From the IMG/VR virus record IMGVR_UViG_3300032257_000002, positions 1 through 64,000 of that record: 64,000 nucleotides of DNA. One strand, given 5' to 3'. Position numbers and translations under genes: made by a program. The notes below the pieces were generated by a model that was not told the DNA's origin, searched no databases, and was given only the letters and a program-made list of their open reading frames with translations. The stretch comes from a virus. Its lineage: Duplodnaviria; Heunggongvirae; Uroviricota; Caudoviricetes. Shown in pieces: positions 16,280 to 23,205 of the stretch; position 1 is the first letter of the stretch, and the number at the start of each line of letters is the position of its first letter.

Positions 16280-17635
16280 TTATTCTAAAAGTTTAATATG
16301 TTTACGAGCGTGTTCGATCGTATTACCTTTAGCGATATCTGCAATGAAGGCTGCATCACGGTTGATTTTAGCTGCAAGTTTCTTGGATTTGTCGGTGATC
16401 ATTGTAGCGTAGTCTTCACCACGTTTTACACTTTTTGCGAGGTAATCAGTAGTATGCGTATCTTTGATCTGCATATCTAAAAGATTTGAGATAACGTGAT
16501 GTGTCTGATCGGCTGTAGATGTAGCTACATCGGAAACTAGTGTTGCTACTTCTGCGAACATTTTTTGGTAGTCGTCAACACTGCTGAGTAATGAGCTGAT
16601 AGCCATTTCGTCAGTAAGATCGGTTTTCATTGCTGGAAGTTCTTTACCAAGAGAGATAATAGTAGTTTGAACACCCATAAGTGCACCATCGATTTTTAAA
16701 AGACGGTTTTTGTACTTTTCGATAGAAGCTTTGATCTGTGTGTTAAGAGCGATGTCACGTATTGGGCGATCGACTTCTTCGTATTTTGAAAGTTCTTCGT
16801 CTGAAGTAATAGCAAGTTTTTGTAAACTGTCGATTTGAGCAACCATTAGATTTTTGCTAGCTTGTAAAGATTCACCTACAGATAGTAGTGTTTCATATTT
16901 TTCGTGAATAGTACCGAATAGGTAATTAATGTTGTCTTGAATAGAAGAGTACTCAGCAGCTGTGTCTTTAATCTTAGACCAGAATGAAGTATTTTCTAGG
17001 TATTTGTTAAGAAAACCTTTAGTCTTACTGACTGCAGGTGATGCAAGTTTTGCGATTTCACTTTTGGCGGATAAGAAAGCATCAGCAATTTCTTTGTTGT
17101 TAGCTAAAGCCGTCTGTTCATTGATCGTAGAAGTTAACTGACTAATTTCTCCAACAATAGATGTATATTGTTCTTGAATAGTACTGCCTTGAGGATTCAG
17201 TTCGATCTCTTCGTCGTTTAAGATGTGAGTTGTTGGTGACATATTTTTGCCTTGTTGTACGGTTTTTTGATAGATATTATAACCATTTTTTTCTTTCCAG
17301 TAATCTAGAATAGCGGTTGTGATTTCCGGTATTGGGTTATATACTGATGTACTAGGAATGTTAACTTCGGCTAAATCACCATAAAATCCCTTACGTGTAA
17401 GTGTATCAGTAAGTTCACCACAAGTAAAAATCATTGTTTTTAGAGGATTTTGTTTAGGGGATATATCTTTAGATCTGCCTGTATGAATATCTACACATCT
17501 TATTTCTTGTAAACTTGCCCAGTAATGTTTGACAATGAATAATGATTTTTTATCAGTTAAAATTGTTTGGTTATCTGTTAAGGCGTCGTAGTTTTTTGGG
17601 TTTTCGTAGGATATAGTAACTTCTGGAAGTTGCAT
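16280..17635 (-). CDS. large alpha-helical protein (451 aa), possibly TelA/KlaB-like; function unknown
   Basis: ORF track; long helical, coiled-coil-prone sequence. The TelA assignment is only an impression. Confidence 0.55.
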   Translation of the reverse strand: MQLPEVTISYENPKNYDALTDNQTILTDKKSLFIVKHYWASLQEIRCVDIHTGRSKDISPKQNPLKTMIFTCGELTDTLTRKGFYGDLAEVNIPSTSVYNPIPEITTAILDYWKEKNGYNIYQKTVQQGKNMSPTTHILNDEEIELNPQGSTIQEQYTSIVGEISQLTSTINEQTALANNKEIADAFLSAKSEIAKLASPAVSKTKGFLNKYLENTSFWSKIKDTAAEYSSIQDNINYLFGTIHEKYETLLSVGESLQASKNLMVAQIDSLQKLAITSDEELSKYEEVDRPIRDIALNTQIKASIEKYKNRLLKIDGALMGVQTTIISLGKELPAMKTDLTDEMAISSLLSSVDDYQKMFAEVATLVSDVATSTADQTHHVISNLLDMQIKDTHTTDYLAKSVKRGEDYATMITDKSKKLAAKINRDAAFIADIAKGNTIEHARKHIKLLE

Positions 17636-17651
17636 AGTGAGCCTTTTTAGG

Positions 17652-17894
17652 TCAGGTAGTGAGACTAAGGTAAGTACCTAGTTCATGATATGGTTTTTGT
17701 GTTAATGATTCAGCTAATAGAGCTGCATAGCGATTTTCCCAAGCGGTTTTGTCTTTACGTAATTGCTGTACAGTAGTTGTAAGCAGTTGAACTTCGTTAA
17801 TTAGTGTAACTAAGTCTTCTATTTCAACGTAAGTTTTTTTGTCACCAGATAAATCTGCTTTTCGAACGGCTGTGATGATCTCTTGTAAGTTCAT
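17652..17894 (-). CDS. hypothetical coiled-coil protein (80 aa)
   Basis: ORF track. Confidence 0.45.
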   Translation of the reverse strand: MNLQEIITAVRKADLSGDKKTYVEIEDLVTLINEVQLLTTTVQQLRKDKTAWENRYAALLAESLTQKPYHELGTYLSLTT

Positions 17895-17896
17895 AG

Positions 17897-18139
17897 TTAG
17901 CTTTTGAAGTGATGTTTTTTGATATTCTGAAAGATAATCTTTACATTAGATGGTATACTTTTTAGCGTAGATAATCCAGAGAAGAGTAAAATAGATGGCC
18001 ATGAAAAAAACATTATAAATAGTTTTGTAAAGCCATCTAATAGTTTATGTACATGGGTTTTTTCGCTAATGAGATAAGCGATATCTAATAATGAAAATAG
18101 AAAACTTAGCATTATATAAAGTACTATTAAAGTCTCCAT
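17897..18139 (-). CDS. hypothetical membrane protein (80 aa)
   Basis: ORF track; two hydrophobic segments. Confidence 0.45.
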   Translation of the reverse strand: METLIVLYIMLSFLFSLLDIAYLISEKTHVHKLLDGFTKLFIMFFSWPSILLFSGLSTLKSIPSNVKIIFQNIKKHHFKS

Positions 18140-18226
18140 TTTTATCCTTTTAGGTTGTATATGTATGTATAGGGTAATGTAGTAAATAAGTTAACTTTTT
18201 AAATATCGATATGTACGTTATTGAAG

Positions 18227-18448
18227 TTAACTTTTTCTACGATGAAGTTTTGCAGTTACACTTGGCGTTTTCGGTATATCTGGGAATCTCTGTTCGAGTT
18301 GAGAGAGAATCTGTTTGTAGTAATAGCTATACTCTTCGGCAGTATTGCTGTATTTGAAAGCTAAGTCAATAGCTAAGTTTTCCATATCGGAATAGAAATT
18401 GATGGTATTGAGATCAATCTCTTCTTCCATGTAGTTTTCTGGGTCCAT
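18227..18448 (-). CDS. hypothetical protein (73 aa)
   Basis: ORF track. Confidence 0.4.
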   Translation of the reverse strand: MDPENYMEEEIDLNTINFYSDMENLAIDLAFKYSNTAEEYSYYYKQILSQLEQRFPDIPKTPSVTAKLHRRKS

Positions 18449-18450
18449 GA

Positions 18451-18789
18451 TTACTTCTCCTTTACACGAAAGCCTATACAGCCTTTGACTGTGCCTTTAT
18501 GTGGACCGTCTTTCCAACGGACTACTTGTTTCGGTGAGATGATATCTGATCGACTACTACAGATAGCGTTTAGAGCTAACTGTGATACGATGTAGTAGGT
18601 ATGTTCTATGGGTTTCGGTAGTGGTGATACTAGATAAACTTCTACCTTTTCATGTGGTATACCATCTACAACAGCAACAACTTTAGATGAAGTCTTAACA
18701 CGCAGTGGTGGTAAGTCTGCAGGGATAACTAGGTCTGATCTAAGTTCGTGAATTTCGTGACCTGTGAGGTTGATGTAAGTGGCTTCCAT
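18451..18789 (-). CDS. hypothetical protein (112 aa)
   Basis: ORF track. Confidence 0.5.
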   Translation of the reverse strand: MEATYINLTGHEIHELRSDLVIPADLPPLRVKTSSKVVAVVDGIPHEKVEVYLVSPLPKPIEHTYYIVSQLALNAICSSRSDIISPKQVVRWKDGPHKGTVKGCIGFRVKEK

Positions 18790-18801
18790 AAGCTCTCCTT
18801 G

Positions 18802-19026
18802 CTATTGTAAGAATTTTGGTGGTGAAAAGAATAAAAATATACTGAATATTGCAGAAGCTACAGTTCCGGCGTACATTGCGCCTTGACCTCCCATGGAGGA
18901 TACGTACATAATGGCTATAAATGCGCCGAGATCAATGAAAGCTTCTGTAGTTCTTTCATTATTAAATTTAACGTATATTATTGCAAAGTTAAAGAACATT
19001 GCAATTCCTACTATTAGTACTTCCAT
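18802..19026 (-). CDS. hypothetical membrane protein (74 aa)
   Basis: ORF track; hydrophobic. Confidence 0.45.
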   Translation of the reverse strand: MEVLIVGIAMFFNFAIIYVKFNNERTTEAFIDLGAFIAIMYVSSMGGQGAMYAGTVASAIFSIFLFFSPPKFLQ

Positions 19027-19028
19027 GA

Positions 19029-19502
19029 TTAGTCCTTTGACATAGGTAATAAGCCTTTATGAATATCCTGATGACAGCTGTGACATACAGTTTCTAATTG
19101 ATCTAGGGTAAATGACATAGTGTGTATACCGTTGTAATGAGTATGGTGAGCCTGTTTGAGGTCACCTAGGTATCCACATCGAACACAACGAAAGCCATCT
19201 CGCTTAAAAGTAGAATAACGTAGTGTAGACCACGTATCTGACTTTAAGTATTCACGGTACTGTAAGTAAAACTCTTCAGGTATAGTGAAAAGTGTTGAGG
19301 TGTGAGTAGATGGTGTTGGTTGAACGGTAGGTGTATATGGTTCATGGTAGACGGGTTTTTGTTTAACGGTGTTTGTACTAGCTATAAAAGCTAGGGATAT
19401 GATAAAGCCGAATGGACCGGCAATTACACTGCATAGTATGATGAATAGCAGTGCTGTTAGGTAATGGAGAAACGTACGAAGTTTAGTCTTCTTTTGTTTC
19501 AT
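19029..19502 (-). CDS. HNH endonuclease-domain protein with N-terminal transmembrane anchor
   Basis: C-terminal CVRCGYLGDLKQAHHTHYNGIHT...CHSCHQDIH (HNH-like C-x2-C..HH..N..C-x2-C..H). N-terminal LLFIILCSVIAGPFGFIISLAFIA. Confidence 0.55.
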   Translation of the reverse strand: MKQKKTKLRTFLHYLTALLFIILCSVIAGPFGFIISLAFIASTNTVKQKPVYHEPYTPTVQPTPSTHTSTLFTIPEEFYLQYREYLKSDTWSTLRYSTFKRDGFRCVRCGYLGDLKQAHHTHYNGIHTMSFTLDQLETVCHSCHQDIHKGLLPMSKD

Positions 19503-19698
19503 CTGGCGTATCAGTAGAGTCTTTTTCTACAACTGTTTCTTCCGCAGAGTCTTTAGAAAATAGTCCAGTATCCCAGCCTTTTTCAATAGAATCTGGAATA
19601 CTTGTGATTTCTTCGTATGCGTAGTTAGCAGTTTCTTCTACTGCATTAACTAGTTCTTTAGCAGTAGCTGCTGTTTTTTCAATTAACCAATTTAACAT
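19483..19698 (-). CDS. hypothetical acidic protein (71 aa)
   Basis: ORF track. Confidence 0.4.
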   Translation of the reverse strand: MLNWLIEKTAATAKELVNAVEETANYAYEEITSIPDSIEKGWDTGLFSKDSAEETVVEKDSTDTPDETKED

Positions 19699-20034
19699 GA
19701 TATCTCCTTATGGTGTGTTTGGTGTTTAGCACCTAAGAACCTTACAGAGTAAGGCTCAAAGCTGTTAACTTTATTTTTTAAATATCGTATATATAGCAGT
19801 ACCTGCTCCATAACCTGCAGGATAAGCAGATAGTAACATAGCAATGCTATGATCTATAAAGATTGTAAGCATAGCACAAACCCAAAATCCTATTACTAAA
19901 TATTCGTTAAATTTGCGCATATTAAGCCTTTTTGGTTAACCACTGGTGAATGGCGGTCGGTATAACTAGTGCTACTAGTAAACTAAGTGCGATGTAAATT
20001 TGAGTTTCAGTCATATTTTTGTTCTTATTGATTT

Positions 20035-20469
20035 TTACAGGTTGATTTTTTGTTGGATGTAGGGTTCTACTTTAGCATAGTCTTGTAGTGTAAAAGATGA
20101 TTTCTTACCTTTTTGGTTAACTAAATAAGTATCATCATACATTTTAGCAATTACATAGAAGTATGGTCGGTAGTTTTCTTTAGGTGTAAGTAGTACTATA
20201 TCACCTGCTTCAGGTTTCCAAGGACGGATGATATCTTTTACTTCTGCTGAGTATGTTAATCCCTGTGTGTACTGATTGTGTGGTATAGACCAAGCTGTGT
20301 CGGATACCATTTGAGCTAAAAAGACAGTCTTACCTCTGTAATCTAGTGCGTTGACATATACCCAATCACCTTCTTCGTAGGTTGGTTTAGGTGGTATTTG
20401 CGCCTGTATTTCTGCAAGCTGGGACTCTGTTAGGGTTATTTTGATACCATCTTCTGTTGTTATTTGCAT
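20035..20469 (-). CDS. hypothetical protein (144 aa)
   Basis: ORF track; preceded by the conserved 23-mer + RBS. Confidence 0.55.
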   Translation of the reverse strand: MQITTEDGIKITLTESQLAEIQAQIPPKPTYEEGDWVYVNALDYRGKTVFLAQMVSDTAWSIPHNQYTQGLTYSAEVKDIIRPWKPEAGDIVLLTPKENYRPYFYVIAKMYDDTYLVNQKGKKSSFTLQDYAKVEPYIQQKINL

Positions 20470-20473
20470 TGAG

Positions 20474-20496
20474 GTTCCTTTATGTCGTTTTATTAA
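20474..20496 (-). promoter_or_regulatory. conserved 23-mer TTAATAAAACGACATAAAGGAAC (T7-class-promoter-like), copy 1
   Basis: Precedes the ATG of 20035..20469 by 4 nt after AAGGAAC. Confidence 0.4.
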
Positions 20497-20519
20497 TATT
20501 TGTAATGTAGTAATATAAA

Positions 20520-21107
20520 TTATAGGTTAAAATTTAGGCCTATTGATAGGCCGACAGTATGTGAGGATTTATTGTTAATCTCTATAGGAGTATTATCTAT
20601 ATTATACTGACGTGTACGTAGTATAAGCTGAGTTATAAAACTTGTGTTAGATGATAGGCGCTTTTCAATTCCTAGCTTGGCCCCAAATTCATCAAATCTA
20701 TCTGAACCGTTGATACCTGTACCGAGCATTAAATGTGTGGTACATGAGTATGTACTAGTAATAGGAATACTAAGTCCCAATTGTGTTCCTACAACATAGC
20801 TATCATTATCATTATATTCTGTATAAATAGCTATTTCAGTGGCATTTCCTTTGATGGAGTCAATGCGGTACCCTACGTGACCTGTTAGACCAGTTAAATG
20901 GGTTGAAGATACTTGGTTATCTACTGTGTATGTTACGTACTCTGGAATTATTTTCCCATCTATAACTACTTCTGGGTGAGTAACAGGGTTATACTTACGT
21001 GTTGTTTCTACTTTATTTATATAGCTTGTACCAGCTATACCTGTTACAATTCCATCTGCACTTACTAGTGCTACTAATGCCATTAGGCTTACGATTACTT
21101 TTTTCAT
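20520..21107 (-). CDS. putative outer-membrane beta-barrel protein (OmpX/Ail/Lom-like), start at internal ATG 21107
   Basis: AAGGAGA RBS before MKKVIVSLMALVALVSA signal peptide. Alternating-hydrophobic beta-strand pattern. ~195 aa mature protein. Confidence 0.45.
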   Translation of the reverse strand: MKKVIVSLMALVALVSADGIVTGIAGTSYINKVETTRKYNPVTHPEVVIDGKIIPEYVTYTVDNQVSSTHLTGLTGHVGYRIDSIKGNATEIAIYTEYNDNDSYVVGTQLGLSIPITSTYSCTTHLMLGTGINGSDRFDEFGAKLGIEKRLSSNTSFITQLILRTRQYNIDNTPIEINNKSSHTVGLSIGLNFNL

Positions 21108-21171
21108 GTTATTCTCCTTGTTAAACTTTTCAGTTGGTACGCTTTTCAGCACTAGTGGTAGTTTTTACTGC

Positions 21172-21195
21172 GGTTTCTTTATGTCGTCTTATTAA
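21172..21195 (-). promoter_or_regulatory. conserved 23-mer TTAATAAGACGACATAAAGAAACC, copy 2
   Basis: Overlaps the C-terminus of 21179..21481, upstream of the OMP-like gene. Confidence 0.4.
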
Positions 21196-21481
21196 CCCAG
21201 CTATCTCGATGTTTTGTAAGGTAGCTGTGTAGATATTCTGGTAGCTCTAACTGCTCAAGTAGCTTATTAGCTAATGGTACAGCACGGCTCTTTATATCTA
21301 AGAAGCCACTGAAACCTGATTTAGTAAGGCAGTCATACATGTGCTTTTCTCTACGGTGTGTCGAGATACCTTCACTTGTAATGAAGTAGTAATGGTCGAT
21401 GACTTTAGCGTGTCTTTCGAATTGTACGTGTATGGCATGATTCATACCTCCGTACATGGAGATTGCTTCGATGAATTTCAT
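21179..21481 (-). CDS. hypothetical protein (100 aa)
   Basis: ORF track; conserved 23-mer upstream. Confidence 0.5.
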   Translation of the reverse strand: MKFIEAISMYGGMNHAIHVQFERHAKVIDHYYFITSEGISTHRREKHMYDCLTKSGFSGFLDIKSRAVPLANKLLEQLELPEYLHSYLTKHRDSWVNKTT

Positions 21482-21485
21482 TGTA

Positions 21486-21509
21486 GGTCCTTTATGTCGT
21501 TTTAGTTAA
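21486..21509 (-). promoter_or_regulatory. conserved 23-mer TTAACTAAAACGACATAAAGGACC, copy 3
   Basis: Immediately upstream of 21179..21481. Confidence 0.4.
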
Positions 21510-21723
21510 ATGATAGGCAATATGTTCTATCATTGATACGTTCCATAGCAAGCTTATTTGGCTTTTCTACGTATATTGAGTTCAGTAAGAGTACATCATA
21601 CTTTGTTAGTTTGAGGTAAGCTTTTGCTAGCCATAGCTCCGGACTGAGGTCTGTAGCTAGGTTGATTGTAGTTTCCTTATAAGTCTCAAGGCAGGTGTAT
21701 TTAACTGTTAGGATGTAGTGCAT
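21502..21723 (-). CDS. hypothetical protein (73 aa)
   Basis: ORF track; conserved 23-mer upstream. Confidence 0.45.
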   Translation of the reverse strand: MHYILTVKYTCLETYKETTINLATDLSPELWLAKAYLKLTKYDVLLLNSIYVEKPNKLAMERINDRTYCLSFN

Positions 21724-21726
21724 AGG

Positions 21727-21749
21727 TAGCCTTTATGCCGTTTTAGTAG
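21727..21749 (-). promoter_or_regulatory. conserved 23-mer CTACTAAAACGGCATAAAGGCTA, copy 4
   Basis: Immediately upstream of 21502..21723. Confidence 0.35.
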
Positions 21750-21991
21750 TCAAACTCGTAAGTGACTTCATAGGGTAGTTTAAGCAAGTCAATAACGTAT
21801 TGCCCGTAAGGCTCTCCATTAATTGCTAATTCCATGGTTGCTATGTTAAAGTAGATGGAGTCTACGTATATCTTTGTATCTTTGAAATAGAACTTTAGTC
21901 TTACATTGGCCGTAAAGGCAGCTTCTTTAGTGGTGTTGAGTGCTAGTAGGTCGTAGACGAACTGAGCCTTGGAGTCGGTTTGTAATGACAT
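21743..21991 (-). CDS. hypothetical protein (82 aa)
   Basis: ORF track. Confidence 0.45.
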   Translation of the reverse strand: MSLQTDSKAQFVYDLLALNTTKEAAFTANVRLKFYFKDTKIYVDSIYFNIATMELAINGEPYGQYVIDLLKLPYEVTYEFDY

Positions 21992-22057
21992 TGTAATTCC
22001 TTATGTTATATACAGAAAACCATATACTGTAGATTACAGTACATGATTTACGGTATG

Positions 22058-22222
22058 CTAGAGATGCAGTTTAAGTTTGATGGTTATGCCGTATTGTTCT
22101 TTAAGGATTTGTTTGGTAAGTACATAGTTCTGTGTTTTCTGGTAGATGTAGTTGACTAAGTCTCGTACATCACCGTATGTATTACCAGGAGAAAAACTAG
22201 TGATTACTATTGAGGTTTTCAT
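22058..22222 (-). CDS. hypothetical small protein (54 aa; start moved to internal ATG with AAGGAGATGCT RBS)
   Basis: Restarting at 22222 removes the overlap with the upstream gene and gives a strong RBS. Confidence 0.4.
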   Translation of the reverse strand: MKTSIVITSFSPGNTYGDVRDLVNYIYQKTQNYVLTKQILKEQYGITIKLKLHL

Positions 22223-22241
22223 AGCATCTCCTTGTTGATGG

Positions 22242-22439
22242 TTAATGGCTGTGAATAACTTTGGCAGCAATTCGATGAACTCTGACTTCAGTGCCATTCG
22301 CTATAGGAAAGATCGATGATCTGTTACCTAATGTATTGCGAACTTGTTCTTTCATTTCTGCTGCTTGTGAAGACACTTGTGTGTCACCTGCTGTAGTCCA
22401 GTCACCGTTAACTTTTGTTTGAATGAGATACATAATCAC
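22242..22439 (-). CDS. hypothetical protein (65 aa)
   Basis: ORF track. Confidence 0.4.
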   Translation of the reverse strand: MIMYLIQTKVNGDWTTAGDTQVSSQAAEMKEQVRNTLGNRSSIFPIANGTEVRVHRIAAKVIHSH

Positions 22440-22440
22440 T

Positions 22441-22600
22441 CCTTAATGCAAGATGAAATGTCTTGTAAGATTAAATAACTAGCGCAGATACCCCATGCTG
22501 AATACATGAGTCCTGTGCTGATAAACGCCAACGGAATTGATAACCATGCGATGATATAGACGGCAATTTTTAGCTTGCTGTTAGTGATCAGGTTTTTCAT
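22441..22600 (-). CDS. small membrane protein (52 aa)
   Basis: Manual translation MKNLITNSKLKIAVYIIAWLSIPLAFISTGLMYSAWGICASYLILQDISSCI; below the track cut-off. Confidence 0.3.
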
Positions 22601-22639
22601 GTTGGTTCCTTACAGGCCGAAGCCTGATGTACGTTAGTG

Positions 22640-22978
22640 TCAGTTGACTCCAGACGAAAGTGCAGAAAGTGCGAGTAGCATCTCTGATTCATTTGCGCTA
22701 TCCGGGAACGCTAAACTGTATTCATGTGTGAGTCTGTCTTCATCGCTCATACCTGCGAAACGTACGAGTTCTTCGACATACCAACGCTGTCCTGCAACAA
22801 ACTTTTTCCAGTCTTTGCCTTCGGCTTCAGCTTTTCTTTCAGCGAGTAGTTTGATCATTTCATCTTGTTCGTCGGTAGTCATAGTCGACGTGATTCCGAG
22901 TTCCTTGATTTTTTGTATCTTACCAACTGCGCGTCTGTAACCTGATGCCAACGCTTGTGGTTGTTTCTCTAGCATTGT
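22640..22978 (-). CDS. hypothetical protein (112 aa; start at internal ATG with AAGGAATACACA RBS)
   Basis: Track ORF 22640..23101 shortened to the Met that has an SD; the upstream part is a structured leader. Confidence 0.5.
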   Translation of the reverse strand, partial: TMLEKQPQALASGYRRAVGKIQKIKELGITSTMTTDEQDEMIKLLAERKAEAEGKDWKKFVAGQRWYVEELVRFAGMSDEDRLTHEYSLAFPDSANESEMLLALSALSSGVN

Positions 22979-23176
22979 GTATTCCTTATGTGTAGATAAC
23001 CATGACTGGTCTCGGAGAAAGACAGCCGACGAAGGAGTGCTGTCAAGCAAAAAACGGTAAAACCTACGGTTCGATGGGATGTACGTACTCCTATAGTACA
23101 TCGTAAAATAGAATTGGGTAACAAAACAATAGCTCTACCTGTGGTAGATTGCTATATGCGTAATGTCACACCCCAA

Positions 23177-23195
23177 GTCCCTCCGAAGAGGAACC
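23177..23195 (-). promoter_or_regulatory. conserved hairpin (RNA: GUUCCUC-UUCG-GAGGGAC), copy 3
   Basis: Seen in sequence; about 10 nt after the RNAP stop. Confidence 0.5.
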
Positions 23196-23205
23196 AAGGT
23201 ATGCA

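Noticed and set aside
22979-23205. N-terminal 41-codon extension of gene 22640..23101
   Set aside because: No RBS at 23101. The region contains the conserved UUCG hairpin and shared leader 11-mer. A downstream ATG with AAGGAAT RBS was preferred.
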